This document shows positions 54,573 through 64,000 of a DNA stretch of 64,000 nucleotides, one piece after another. The notes under the pieces were generated by a model. The model saw only the letters and a list, made by a program, of their open reading frames with translations, was not told where the DNA came from and did not search any database. Numbering within the stretch: position 1 is the stretch's first letter; every line of letters starts with the position of its first letter. A program made the translations under genes and the position numbers. Origin of the DNA: an uncultured Alphaproteobacteria bacterium (GTDB taxonomy: Bacteria; Pseudomonadota; Alphaproteobacteria; Methylaequorales; Methylaequoraceae); the NCBI GenBank assembly GCA_902550225.1, contig CACCYL010000001.1, positions 24,941-88,940 on the forward strand. The letters are read 5' to 3'.

Positions 54573-55805
54573 CTACTGTAAAATAGCTCGCTTACCTGAC
54601 AAAATTGAACCTTCAATTGTACAAGGATGTGTTGTTTGAGTCCAATCACCAGATATCCTAACATTATTTGGGATTTCTTTTAATTTTCTAACGAGATTAA
54701 AGTTTGTGGGTGACTGTTCTAAGGTTGCTTTTTTTTCTTTAACAACTTGAAAACTTGTAATTCTATGTTTGATTTTCATGTAGCTACAAAGTTCTTTCCA
54801 AATAATATTAGCAATTTCTCTAGAATCGAGATTATTTAGGTAATTAGCATTACTTATAGTAACAGACAAATAATTTTTTTTTATAAATAACCAATGTGTA
54901 TGTGAGTTAATAAACCCAATTATTTTCTTTGAAAAATTTTCTTTTATAGTTTTTGTTAACTTGAAGTGAACGTTAACAATTGAATTGTAATTTTTTGGTA
55001 ATGAAAGGTTTGGAAAAAATTTTGAAAAATTTGACGGTGGTATTGCAAAAATAACTATATCATTCTCCTTAATTTCAACTGAATTATTAATAAATTCTAA
55101 CTTTGTAATAAAATTATTTTTTATTTGAATACTTTTTAAAATGTGTCTTAAATTAACTTCACACCCCCTTTTTTTTAGAAAATTAGTACATGGTTTGATA
55201 ACTGAGTCATTCCAATTCACCTTTGGTTGATAAATACTGCAATTTTTTTTTCCTTTTAGAATTGTCTCTTTAAGCACAAAAGCTAATATCTTTGCTGAAG
55301 CATTTTCACTGGAAGTATTCATAACAGCTAAAGTCAAAGGATCCCAAAATGTATGGTAGATATTTGAATTTCCAATGATTTCATGCACAGTACTATTTTC
55401 TTTTGCAAAAAAAAATTTAAAAATTGACAAATAATCTAATAAATTGGTCCCTGGAATTAATTCTAAGTTATTCATAATAATTTTAAAAAGGTTGATCTTT
55501 TCTAAATTTAAATTCCAATAAATAGACTGCTTTTTATCATAGAAATCAAGATCAAATGGTAATAACTGAAGACTATGCAATGACCTTACAATTTTACATA
55601 ATTCATAAAAATTTTTATTAGCTGAAAAGACCAGATGGTTCCCGTTATCAATCTCTTGTCCTATTTTCTTATCGAAGAATGACCGACATCTTCCGCCTAT
55701 TAGATTTGACGATTCGAAGACGTTTACTTTGTAATTTCTATTTACTGCGTGGACAGAAGCAGATAAACCTGCAAGTCCTGCACCTATAATATAAATATTT
55801 TTCAA
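54573..55805 (-). CDS. hpnE: hydroxysqualene dehydroxylase (FAD amine-oxidase family)
   Basis: N-terminal IYIIGAGLAGLSAS..FESSNLIGGR dinucleotide motif. Position between hpnD and shc. Confidence 0.85.
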   Translation of the reverse strand: MKNIYIIGAGLAGLSASVHAVNRNYKVNVFESSNLIGGRCRSFFDKKIGQEIDNGNHLVFSANKNFYELCKIVRSLHSLQLLPFDLDFYDKKQSIYWNLNLEKINLFKIIMNNLELIPGTNLLDYLSIFKFFFAKENSTVHEIIGNSNIYHTFWDPLTLAVMNTSSENASAKILAFVLKETILKGKKNCSIYQPKVNWNDSVIKPCTNFLKKRGCEVNLRHILKSIQIKNNFITKLEFINNSVEIKENDIVIFAIPPSNFSKFFPNLSLPKNYNSIVNVHFKLTKTIKENFSKKIIGFINSHTHWLFIKKNYLSVTISNANYLNNLDSREIANIIWKELCSYMKIKHRITSFQVVKEKKATLEQSPTNFNLVRKLKEIPNNVRISGDWTQTTHPCTIEGSILSGKRAILQ

Positions 55806-55809
55806 AATT

Positions 55810-56646
55810 TTAGTACCTTACTGCAAATAAAACTAATATATAAATTTTTTCAAAATAATTAAGTTTAATTTTTTTTTCTATATCAATCTTCTTTTTAAAC
55901 ATTTTTGTGTGAATTGCTTTGTAAAATGTTTTCATAATTTCAGATGCAACAATCTGCTTCTTACTTATTTTTTTTGCTTCAATATTAGATTTCTCAAAAA
56001 ATATATTTGCTTCATGCAAAATGTCTTGCAGGATATTTTGAAGTTTTGGATCATGCTTTATTGTTTTAATATCTCTCTTGACTCCATATATTGATAAATA
56101 TTCTGATGCAAGATAACACCTACCTCTTTTAAGATCTTCATAAAAGTCTCTTACAATATTTGTAAGTTGGAAAGCCCTCCCAAGGTAAAATGCATATTTT
56201 TTTCCTTTTTCCGACAATCCAAATATTCTTATAGATAAATAGCCAACTGCAACGGCTACTCTGTCGCAGTATAATTCAAGGTTCTTTTTTTTCGGAAACT
56301 TTATGTCACTTTTTGCGTCCATCATCATTCCATCAATGATAGCGTAAAAATCAAGTCTTTCTAGCTGAAATTTTTCAACGGCAATTTTAAGCTCCTTTTC
56401 TATGCTAGATTTTAGTTTTTTTGACTCAAAGATATTGTTAATTTTTTTTTTCCAGGATTTAAGTTTTTCTATTTTTAATCTTTTATTTTTTGTTTCGTCA
56501 GCTATGTCATCAACAATTCTGCAAAAAGCATAAATAGAAAACATAGCTCTCTTTCTTTCTGAATCTAAAATATTCATTCCCCAAAAGAACGAAGAACCAG
56601 ATTTTTTTACAATCTTTTTAACCTCGATTTGGTCATCGACTTTCAT
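55810..56646 (-). CDS. hpnD: presqualene diphosphate synthase
   Basis: Squalene/phytoene synthase motifs ..YAFCRIVDDIADE.. and ..QLTNIVRDFYEDLKRGRCYL... Confidence 0.88.
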   Translation of the reverse strand: MKVDDQIEVKKIVKKSGSSFFWGMNILDSERKRAMFSIYAFCRIVDDIADETKNKRLKIEKLKSWKKKINNIFESKKLKSSIEKELKIAVEKFQLERLDFYAIIDGMMMDAKSDIKFPKKKNLELYCDRVAVAVGYLSIRIFGLSEKGKKYAFYLGRAFQLTNIVRDFYEDLKRGRCYLASEYLSIYGVKRDIKTIKHDPKLQNILQDILHEANIFFEKSNIEAKKISKKQIVASEIMKTFYKAIHTKMFKKKIDIEKKIKLNYFEKIYILVLFAVRY

Positions 56647-56665
56647 ATTTACGAATTAAATGTAA

Positions 56666-58588
56666 TTAAGCTCTTTCAAGATTAAATTTTCTGGGATAAG
56701 AAATTCCTAAGGCCCCAAGTGCGGTCTTCACGATGCCGTCAGTGTCAACACCACATTCAATATTTTGCGCATCTGGTTTTCCATGGTTTACAAATTTATC
56801 AGGGAAGAAAATTGGTCTAAATTTAAGACCCTGATCTAGTGCACCAGATTTAGTTAAGAATGACATTACTTGAGCTGAAAAACCACCGATTGAACCTTCC
56901 TCAACAGTAATTAAAACTTCATGATCCCTAGCTAGTTGAGTTATAAGAAGTTGATCAATAGGTTTTGCAAACCTTGCATCAGCAACTGTAGTTGGTAAAC
57001 CATAAGATGCTAAAACTTGAGAGGCGTCTATGGAGTCTTTTAATCTAGTTCCCAATGATAAGATGCAAATCTTATTTCCCTCCGTAATAATTTTACCTTT
57101 TCCGATTTTCCATATTTCAGGTTGTTCACTTATTTTAACACCAATTCCTTCCCCTCTAGGATATCTAAATGCTGATGGTCTATCATTGATAGTAGCTGAG
57201 GTAGCTATACTATTCACAAGTTCGTTTTCGTTACTTGGTGCCATTACTATAAAGTTTGGTAGCGTACAGAGATACGCTAAATCAAAGGACCCAGCGTGTG
57301 TAGCACCGTCAGCGCCAACCTGACCAGCTCTGTCAATTGCAAATCTTACAGGTAAGGACTGAATTGCAACATCATGAACAACTTGATCGTAAGCTCTTTG
57401 AAGAAAGGTTGAATAAATAGCTGCGTATGGTTTCATCCCTCTCGAAGCAAGTCCTGCAGCAAAAGTTACTGCGTGCTGTTCTGCAATTCCTACATCGAAT
57501 GTTCTTGAAGGATGTACTTTTTGAAAATGATCTAATCCGGTACCAGAAGGCATTGCAGCTGTTATAGCAACTATCGATTTATCTTTTTTCGCTAACTTAA
57601 TAAGTGAATCTGCAAAAACTTTTGTATAACTTGGTACTTTAGAAGAAGATTTGACTTGTTCACCAGTTACAACGTTGAACTTACTCACTCCATGATACTT
57701 GTCTTCAGATTTCTCAGCTGGCTCATAACCATAACCTTTTTTGGTAACAACATGGAGAAAGACTGGACCATCCCATTTTGATTTTTCTAAGTTTCTTAGA
57801 ACAGGAAGAAGGTGATCTATATTATGACCGTCAATAGGGCCAAGATAGAAAAAACCAAGTTCCTCGAATAACGTGCCACCTGTAACCATACCTCTTACAT
57901 ACTCATCAGCTTTAGCTGCCATATTCTGAAAACTTTTTGGGAATTTTTTTGCCATTTGTTTGGCTAAAGTTCTTGCAGACTGAAAGGTTTTTGTTGACAA
58001 AAGTCTTGATAAATAAGCGCTCATTGCACCAACAGGTGGAGCAATAGACATATCGTTATCATTTAAAATAACAATCAATCGAGCATTCATTGAGCCTGCG
58101 TTATTCATGGCCTCATAAGCCATTCCAGCACTTATTGCACCATCACCTATAACGCAAACTACATTATGGTTCTCCTTTTTTAGATCTCTTGCTACAGCCA
58201 TACCAAGGCCGGCTGAAATGGAAGTGGATGAGTGTGCAGCACCGAATGGATCATATTCGCTTTCGGATCTTTTTGTAAAACCATAGAGACCACCTGGTTG
58301 TCTAATTGTTCTAATTTTGTCTCTTCTTCCGGTAATAACTTTATGGGGATAACACTGATGGCCAACGTCCCATATCAATTTATCCTTTGGTGTATTAAAA
58401 ACACTGTGAATTGCAACGGTTAACTCAACAACTCCAAGCCCAGCACCCAAATGCCCACCTGTCACAGAAACAGCATCGATAACTTCGTTTCTTAATTCTT
58501 TGCAAAGAGTTTTTAATTCGTTATCAGATAGGTTTTTTAGGTCTTTAGGGTATTTGATATTGTCAAGAAGTTTTGTTTGATGTTTCAT
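56666..58588 (-). CDS. dxs: 1-deoxy-D-xylulose-5-phosphate synthase
   Basis: ..[18 protein letters not shown].., ..[19 protein letters not shown].. (ThDP motif), ..[17 protein letters not shown]... Confidence 0.95.
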   Translation of the reverse strand: MKHQTKLLDNIKYPKDLKNLSDNELKTLCKELRNEVIDAVSVTGGHLGAGLGVVELTVAIHSVFNTPKDKLIWDVGHQCYPHKVITGRRDKIRTIRQPGGLYGFTKRSESEYDPFGAAHSSTSISAGLGMAVARDLKKENHNVVCVIGDGAISAGMAYEAMNNAGSMNARLIVILNDNDMSIAPPVGAMSAYLSRLLSTKTFQSARTLAKQMAKKFPKSFQNMAAKADEYVRGMVTGGTLFEELGFFYLGPIDGHNIDHLLPVLRNLEKSKWDGPVFLHVVTKKGYGYEPAEKSEDKYHGVSKFNVVTGEQVKSSSKVPSYTKVFADSLIKLAKKDKSIVAITAAMPSGTGLDHFQKVHPSRTFDVGIAEQHAVTFAAGLASRGMKPYAAIYSTFLQRAYDQVVHDVAIQSLPVRFAIDRAGQVGADGATHAGSFDLAYLCTLPNFIVMAPSNENELVNSIATSATINDRPSAFRYPRGEGIGVKISEQPEIWKIGKGKIITEGNKICILSLGTRLKDSIDASQVLASYGLPTTVADARFAKPIDQLLITQLARDHEVLITVEEGSIGGFSAQVMSFLTKSGALDQGLKFRPIFFPDKFVNHGKPDAQNIECGVDTDGIVKTALGALGISYPRKFNLERA

Positions 58589-58620
58589 TGTATTTTATAC
58601 TTTCATAAGAGAAATAATCC

Positions 58621-59481
58621 CTAATCCCATATTATTCCTTTTATAAAGCAAAAAATCAAATCAATACTAGATAATTTTATTTTTTTTTTTAAAGGATCAT
58701 TTACTTTTAGCAGAAAACACAATCTTTTGGCAATATTTAAAATAATAAGTGTTTCTTTCTTTAATTTCCAAATATCAATAAGTTGAAGATTTTCTTTAAT
58801 ATCCGCAAGTAAATTTTCGATTTTGGATAGAATCTCAATTTTCATTTTATCGAAATTTTGACATGAACTTTTTTTTGTTAATATATTTACATTTAGTTGA
58901 TGTTTTTTCAAAAAAATTTCTGGGATATAAACTCTATCCAAATTTCTAAAATCATCTTTACAATCCTGAATATGGTTTATAATTTGAAGTGCGGTGCAAA
59001 GCATATCTGAGGCATGTAATATTTTACTTTCATTAATTTTTTTTCTTTTTTGACTGTATGTAGTATTTATAACAAATCTTCCAACAGGATTTGCAGAGAA
59101 TTTACAGTAGTGTAGTAATTCAGACCAGTCTTTATATCTTTTTTTAGTAGCATCAAGCTTGAATGCTACCAAAAGATCTCTTGAATATTTTTTGGAAAAT
59201 TTGTATTCATCAAAGTAAGAAATTAAATTATTCACAACTGATATTTCTGATTGTTTTTTATTTTTTAAACAACTATCAAAAAAATTTAATATCCGTAACT
59301 TTTCCTTTTTCTTAATTGACGCGTGGTCTGCTATATCATCAGCAGTCCTGGCATAAAAATAGAAAACTCTAATAATTTGTTGGAGTTTTTTATCAATTAA
59401 AAAAGAGGAAACTGGAAAGTTCTCATCTTTGTAATTTTTACCTGATAATAAAGAAGAAATATATTTTTGGGTTATTTTAAT
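58621..59481 (-). CDS. hpnC: squalene synthase HpnC (start proposed at ATT 59481..59479; the ORF track starts at GTG 59235)
   Basis: The downstream part has ..YCKFSANPVGRF.., ..HIQDCKDDF..RVYIP... The in-frame upstream 246 nt encode ..YKDENFPVSSFLIDKK..FYFYARTADDIADH.., the conserved HpnC N-terminus and first Asp-rich motif, with no ATG/GTG/TTG. AAGGAAG SD 5 nt before the ATT. Confidence 0.75.
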   Translation of the reverse strand: MKITQKYISSLLSGKNYKDENFPVSSFLIDKKLQQIIRVFYFYARTADDIADHASIKKKEKLRILNFFDSCLKNKKQSEISVVNNLISYFDEYKFSKKYSRDLLVAFKLDATKKRYKDWSELLHYCKFSANPVGRFVINTTYSQKRKKINESKILHASDMLCTALQIINHIQDCKDDFRNLDRVYIPEIFLKKHQLNVNILTKKSSCQNFDKMKIEILSKIENLLADIKENLQLIDIWKLKKETLIILNIAKRLCFLLKVNDPLKKKIKLSSIDLIFCFIKGIIWD

Positions 59482-60661
59482 ATTTTCTTCCTTTCCAGTT
59501 GTTTCCTTTGAAGAAAAAATAATTAATTGCTGATGACAATGTCATGCACCCATAAATTATAGCTGAAAAAGGTAAAGTAAAGGTAAAAAATTTTTCTATT
59601 TTATAGAACTTAACTGTTGGTGAAAAAATAAATATCATCATAGAAATTGAAAGCATATTTATTGTAAACAAAAGTATTGAAGGTTCATTTGTTTCAAAAC
59701 TTTGTAAAGAAAATATTAGTCCCAAAAATGGTAGAACATAAACTAAAAATAACCCAAAAAGAGATAGAAGTAATCGAAATACAGAGTGATTTAGTTGCTC
59801 AAATGCAGTTCTTGAAACCATCTTCCATATTTCCTTTAAATTGTTATATTGCCTTTTACTTTGAACTTTATTAGTAAGACCCAACCAAATATCACCTTTT
59901 TTTTTAATTAACTTTGCTATGTTACAATCATCAATAAGTTTGTTAGGAATTAAATCATATAAGTTCTGATCTCTGAAAATCTTTGCTTTGCAAAAGATAA
60001 AACCTCCAGCAGCTGCAGCTATTTTCGATTTTTTATCAATGACAAGGTTAAAAGGATAAATTTTTTGAAAAAAAAATATAAACGGAGGAATTAAAATTTT
60101 TTCCCAAATTGTTTTGCAATTTAATTTTGCCATCAAAGAAACCATCTCAAAATCGTTTGAATTTATAAAAGTGTTTACTTTAACGAGTAAATTTTTGGTC
60201 AGTACTATATCAGAATCTATAAAAACATAAAAATCGTAATTTTTGTGGTTAGCAAAATCAACGCCTTGTTTTAATGCCCAGGTTTTACCTACCCAACCTT
60301 GTGGAAGTTTTTTGCCTGAAAGAAGTGAGACTTTTATGAATTCTTTTTTAAAATTATTAATAATATTTGAAGTATTATCCGTACTGTTATCATCAATGAC
60401 TATTATTTCTAAATTATTAATTTTTTGATCTTTAAGAGATTTAAGAGTTTTTAGAATTGTTTTCTCTTCGTTTCGTGCAGGAATAATTACGCAAATTTTT
60501 TCATGAACTGTTTTATTTTTGGAGTTGAATTTTACATTTTCAAAGACAACTCTATTTGACCAAAAATTTAAGTTTTTATAAATTTTTCTTTTCCCATGAC
60601 AAAAAGTCAAGTATAGCCATAGGGTTAGAGACAAAATCGAACCTAAAAAATAAAAACCCAT
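59477..60661 (-). CDS. hpnB: hopene-associated family-2 glycosyltransferase
   Basis: ..ICVIIPARNEE..LKSL..Q....EIIVIDDNSTDNT.. GT2 motif with flanking TM segments. Located upstream of hpnC, as in classical hpnABC clusters. Confidence 0.75.
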   Translation of the reverse strand: MGFYFLGSILSLTLWLYLTFCHGKRKIYKNLNFWSNRVVFENVKFNSKNKTVHEKICVIIPARNEEKTILKTLKSLKDQKINNLEIIVIDDNSTDNTSNIINNFKKEFIKVSLLSGKKLPQGWVGKTWALKQGVDFANHKNYDFYVFIDSDIVLTKNLLVKVNTFINSNDFEMVSLMAKLNCKTIWEKILIPPFIFFFQKIYPFNLVIDKKSKIAAAAGGFIFCKAKIFRDQNLYDLIPNKLIDDCNIAKLIKKKGDIWLGLTNKVQSKRQYNNLKEIWKMVSRTAFEQLNHSVFRLLLSLFGLFLVYVLPFLGLIFSLQSFETNEPSILLFTINMLSISMMIFIFSPTVKFYKIEKFFTFTLPFSAIIYGCMTLSSAINYFFFKGNNWKGRKY

Positions 60662-60893
60662 AAAATTATTATATAGAATAATTTGATATAGTTAATCAAT
60701 TACCTTTCCATAAATTATGTTGCAAAAAAACAACAAAATGAAAATTAAAAATTTATTTTATAAATAATGCTTGAAAACCAGGATAATCTGTAATAATTTC
60801 TAATTATTGATTAATTTATAAACAAAATTACGTAATGCCTAAAATTTAAGCACTAGCTAAAATTTATGCATTAATTATAGGAAAGGACTTGTA

Positions 60894-61706
60894 ATGTTAA
60901 AAAAATTAATTCTAGCCAGTGCTCTGTCTTTACCATTTGTAATAACTACTGGTCCAGCAAATGCTTTTGAATTTCCTGATAAACCTCCGGTTGGTGAATT
61001 ATCAGCAAATGTCAGTTACTACACAAACTATATTTGGAGAGGTGAAGAGCAAACTGGTGGTATGTCTATTCAAGGCGGATTTGACTATTCTGTTAATCTA
61101 GTTGAAACATATATAGATGCATATGTAGGCACATGGGCTGCTAACTTAAATACTAATGGTTTTGGTATGGAACTGGATTACTATGGTGGTTTTACTGGTG
61201 CAATCCCTCTTGTGGAAGATTATTTATCTTATGACGTAGGTATATTGTATTATGATTATCCAGGAGCTTCCTCACAACATAGTGGTGATAACGTAGACGG
61301 AACTGGTGGTTCTGGTACTCAAGGTATGGAATTCTTAGAATGGTACGGTTCTGTTGGGATTTCAGGTCTACCATATGACTTAGGAATTTCTTACTATTTC
61401 GGGTATTCCCCAACTGGTTTTGCTCAAAACTATGATTACACATATCATAATATTTCTGCAGAAATACCTGTTCCTTCAACACCATTCACTTTATATGGTG
61501 GAGTTGGTTTCACTGATTCGGATCTTGACGATAACACAACAGGATACGGTTTTACTGATTACCTAGTTGGTGTATCAACATCTGCTTTCGGTCTTGACTG
61601 GGGTGTTCAGTATACTACAACCTCTGATTATGCTGGAACTGGTGTAGATGCAGACACAACAGCTGGTGGTGACCACGTTGTTGGATACGTTTCGGCAAGT
61701 TTTTAA
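60894..61706 (+). CDS. outer-membrane beta-barrel protein (TorF / Gcw_chp-like family)
   Basis: Signal peptide ..GPANA/FE. Alternating aromatic and Gly-rich strands (..NVSYYTNYIWRGEEQT.., ..GGFDYS..) and a C-terminal Phe. Confidence 0.65.
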   Translation: MLKKLILASALSLPFVITTGPANAFEFPDKPPVGELSANVSYYTNYIWRGEEQTGGMSIQGGFDYSVNLVETYIDAYVGTWAANLNTNGFGMELDYYGGFTGAIPLVEDYLSYDVGILYYDYPGASSQHSGDNVDGTGGSGTQGMEFLEWYGSVGISGLPYDLGISYYFGYSPTGFAQNYDYTYHNISAEIPVPSTPFTLYGGVGFTDSDLDDNTTGYGFTDYLVGVSTSAFGLDWGVQYTTTSDYAGTGVDADTTAGGDHVVGYVSASF

Positions 61707-61708
61707 AC

Positions 61709-62785
61709 TTAATAAAAACCTTTAGAGTTTTTTGATGGGGCGTTTAGCCCCATTTTTTTTGCTTCACACAAAGATATAACCAAAAGTGATAAAATTAAAA
61801 GTGCGCCAATTTGATGCATTAAACCTAACAAAATAGGGACATATAATATAAGGATTATAACTCCAAGAGTATACTGAAAAACTATCATAAAAAATAAAAA
61901 ATAAAAAAGTTGCCTGAAATTATTAAAGAAACGATCTTTATTAGCCTTAAATATTGTATGAAGAAGATAAAATAAGGTTATTGTCGCGACAAGTCTGTGT
62001 AAGAATTGGAGAAACCCTTGATCATTAAATAGATTTTTAAGATTGGTTGATTCCCCTGATATTAAAATCGGGGGCAAAAATCCATCTCCCATGTATGGGA
62101 AGTTATTGTATGATAACCCTGCTTCTGTGCCAGAAACTAAAGCACCAGCTAAAACAGTGGTTAATAAAAGAAGTAATGAGATCAAAAAATTTTTTTTATG
62201 TAAGTTGGTTTTGTAGGAGTTAATACTATAAACAACTTTTTTTTTCCCTAAATGAATATTCCAAAAGTAGTACAACAGTAGAGAATAGATGATAAAGGCA
62301 GTTATTAAATGTACAGACAATCGAAAATGACTAACGTCAGGTTGATCAATTAACCCACTTTCTACCATGTACCACCCCATAAAAGCCTGGAAGAAACCAA
62401 GAAATGTTATAAGTAAAATAAGTTTTTTTTCATTTTTATTAAAGTTACCTTTAAGCCAAAAATAAAAAAGGGGAATGAAAAACGTAAAGCCAATAAGGCG
62501 ACCCCAAATTCTATGGATATATTCCCAAAAAAAGATTTTTTTAAACTCTTCTAAGGTCATTGAAAAATTTTTTAAATTATATTCCGGATAATTTTTATAC
62601 AAATTGAAAACATTAATCCATTCTTCTTGATTAAGGGGGGGAATTACACCTTTAATGAGGTTCCAAGTTGTCATTGACAATCCGGAATCTGTTAGTCTTG
62701 TAATTCCGCCTATTATTACCATTGACAAAACCATAAAAAGGTTTGTTCCTAGCCAAGCTAATTTTTTATTTTCTAAAGTATTCAT
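61709..62785 (-). CDS. ctaA: heme A synthase (COX15/CtaA)
   Basis: 358 aa, eight TM segments. ..GGITRLTDSGLSM..W.. and the conserved His-containing helices (EYIHRIWGR, FLHRLVA, LMHQIGA). Confidence 0.85.
   Translation of the reverse strand: MNTLENKKLAWLGTNLFMVLSMVIIGGITRLTDSGLSMTTWNLIKGVIPPLNQEEWINVFNLYKNYPEYNLKNFSMTLEEFKKIFFWEYIHRIWGRLIGFTFFIPLFYFWLKGNFNKNEKKLILLITFLGFFQAFMGWYMVESGLIDQPDVSHFRLSVHLITAFIIYSLLLYYFWNIHLGKKKVVYSINSYKTNLHKKNFLISLLLLLTTVLAGALVSGTEAGLSYNNFPYMGDGFLPPILISGESTNLKNLFNDQGFLQFLHRLVATITLFYLLHTIFKANKDRFFNNFRQLFYFLFFMIVFQYTLGVIILILYVPILLGLMHQIGALLILSLLVISLCEAKKMGLNAPSKNSKGFY
61737..61760 (+). terminator. rho-independent terminator after the beta-barrel gene
   Basis: GGGGC-gttta-GCCCC followed by A plus T8. 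It lies within the 3' end of the convergent ctaA reading frame. Confidence 0.7.
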
Positions 62786-62862
62786 ATTTAATTAATAATT
62801 CTTAATTTTAAAAATAAAATACATTATTTTAATGTAGTTTAATTTATATAACATAATTTTTG

Positions 62863-62893
62863 TTGACAAATATGATTTATTGTAATTTATAAA
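62863..62893 (+). promoter_or_regulatory. candidate sigma70 promoter for cysH-cysD
   Basis: TTGACA (62863..62868), then 17-19 nt, then TTTATAAA containing TATAAA. The promoter element ends 4 nt before the cysH ATG at 62898, so the leader would be very short or the mRNA effectively leaderless. Confidence 0.3.
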
Positions 62894-62897
62894 CATT

Positions 62898-63596
62898 ATG
62901 AACATAGACGAAAACCTTTCAAATCAATTGAATGAAGATAATAAGGATTTGTTGCCACAAAATATTTTAGAGCATTCCATTAATAACATTTTTAGAAAAA
63001 AATTGGTTTATGTTTGTTCTTTTGGAACTGAGTCAGCAATCATCCTTCACATGATATCTGAAATTGATAGATCACTTCCAGTCATATTGTTGAACACAAA
63101 CTATCTTTTTAAAGAAACAATTGATTACAAAAACTTTTTAATTAGTAAATTTAAGTTTTCAAATTTTAAAGAAATTTTTCCAAGTACTAAAGATTTGAAA
63201 ATTAAAGATAGTAAGCGAACATTGTGGAAAGAAAACCCTGATTTGTGTTGTAATATTAGAAAAGTATTACCGTTACAAAAAGAACTAAAAAAATATGATG
63301 CTTGGGTTTCAGGGAGAAAATCATATCATGAAGGAGAAAGAAAAAATTTAAAATTTTTTGAATATATAAATCATAAGATAGTTGTAAACCCCCTTGCTAA
63401 AGTAAATCAAAATTTTATTAATTCATATTTTAAAAAATATAATCTAGATAGACATCCTCTTTATGAATCAGGGTACTTGTCAGTAGGATGCACTCATTGT
63501 ACTATTAAAACCTCTAGTGTTGATAATCCCAGATCAGGAAGATGGGCTGACAAAATTAAAACTGAATGCGGCATTCACTATAATTTAAAGAGATAA
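62898..63596 (+). CDS. cysH: adenylyl-sulfate (APS/PAPS) reductase, thioredoxin-dependent, Fe-S type
   Basis: PP-loop-like ..VCSFGTESAI... The Cys pair CC in ..DLCCNIRKVLPL.. plus CTHC suggest the 4Fe-4S (APS-reductase) subtype. C-terminal catalytic ECGIH. Confidence 0.85.
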   Translation: MNIDENLSNQLNEDNKDLLPQNILEHSINNIFRKKLVYVCSFGTESAIILHMISEIDRSLPVILLNTNYLFKETIDYKNFLISKFKFSNFKEIFPSTKDLKIKDSKRTLWKENPDLCCNIRKVLPLQKELKKYDAWVSGRKSYHEGERKNLKFFEYINHKIVVNPLAKVNQNFINSYFKKYNLDRHPLYESGYLSVGCTHCTIKTSSVDNPRSGRWADKIKTECGIHYNLKR

Positions 63597-64000
63597 ATGC
63601 AATACAATCTTAAAAAGTTGGAAAATGAAAGTATTTACATTTTTAGACAAGCTTTCAGATCAATTCCGAATATAGCTCTCCTTTGGTCTTTGGGAAAAGA
63701 TTCAAACGTAATGCTATGGCTTGCTTTTAAAGCTTTTCTAGGAAGAATACCTTTTCCACTAGTTCATGTTGACACAGGAAAAAAATTCAAAGAAATGTAT
63801 TCTTTCAGAGATAGATATGTAAAAAGATGGAATTTAAATTTAATAAAGGGATCTTGTCCCCCCATCAATAAAATTGATCCATCATTACCGCCTGCTGCCC
63901 GTTCCGCTGCAAGAAAGACAGAAGGTTTGAGAAAAATAATAAAGGAAAATAAATTTCGTGGAATTATTGCAGGAATTCGAAGAGATGAGCAAGGGACAAG
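63597..64000 (+). CDS. cysD: sulfate adenylyltransferase subunit 2 (partial, continues beyond the window)
   Basis: ATG immediately after the cysH stop. ..LENESIYIFRQAF....NIALLWSLGKDSNVMLWLA.KAF......FPLVHVDTG.KF.EMY.FRD.. matches the CysD N-terminus. Confidence 0.88.
   Translation, partial: MQYNLKKLENESIYIFRQAFRSIPNIALLWSLGKDSNVMLWLAFKAFLGRIPFPLVHVDTGKKFKEMYSFRDRYVKRWNLNLIKGSCPPINKIDPSLPPAARSAARKTEGLRKIIKENKFRGIIAGIRRDEQGT

Noticed and set aside
1-64000. CRISPR arrays, IS elements, prophage or defence systems.
   Set aside because: I saw no regularly spaced direct repeats, transposase/integrase-like ORFs or terminal inverted repeats. The frequent A/T homopolymers (9-13 nt) are compositional, not repeat arrays.

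Overview
Very AT-rich, gene-dense (streamlined-looking) proteobacterial chromosome segment. Gene order (rpmH-rnpA, argD-argF, apaG-metZ, ctaA) suggests an alphaproteobacterium, but I cannot assign taxonomy from sequence alone. I saw no mobile elements, CRISPR arrays or rRNA, and only one tRNA. The flanks are housekeeping genes: ggt, panBC, tRNA-Arg, nrdAB, mscS, recX-like, argDF, trkH, apaG, metZ on the left and ctaA, cysHD on the right. About 15.8-48.1 kb is a compact lanthanide/PQQ methylotrophy island. It holds a PedA1A2BC/Lut-type ABC operon followed by two unassigned secreted proteins, an unannotated pqqA followed by pqqBCDE, and a pseudoazurin. It also holds xoxF (with the Ln-type D-Y-D signature), xoxG and xoxJ, a SoxYZ-like carrier, a large H4MPT/methanofuran-type cofactor biosynthesis block with fae, mch, mtdB and mptG, and an fhcB-fhcD-fhcC cluster with no fhcA. 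About 48.1-60.7 kb is a hopanoid supercluster (hpnM-like, hpnA, ispH, hpnH, hpnG, shc, hpnE, hpnD, dxs, hpnC, hpnB). Points worth a second look: (1) an acidic cupredoxin-like secreted protein without copper ligands, translationally coupled to the lanthanide-type ABC importer; (2) the SoxYZ-like carrier and adjacent secreted two-gene module beside xoxF; (3) two genes (hpnC and an ATP-grasp gene) whose conserved N-termini lie upstream of any ATG/GTG/TTG, suggesting ATT initiation; (4) the missing fhcA; (5) phased ATGAAYGT repeats in the xoxF control region; (6) an intrinsic terminator separating xoxF from xoxGJ. All protein calls rest on motif and family recognition by eye. No database search was run.
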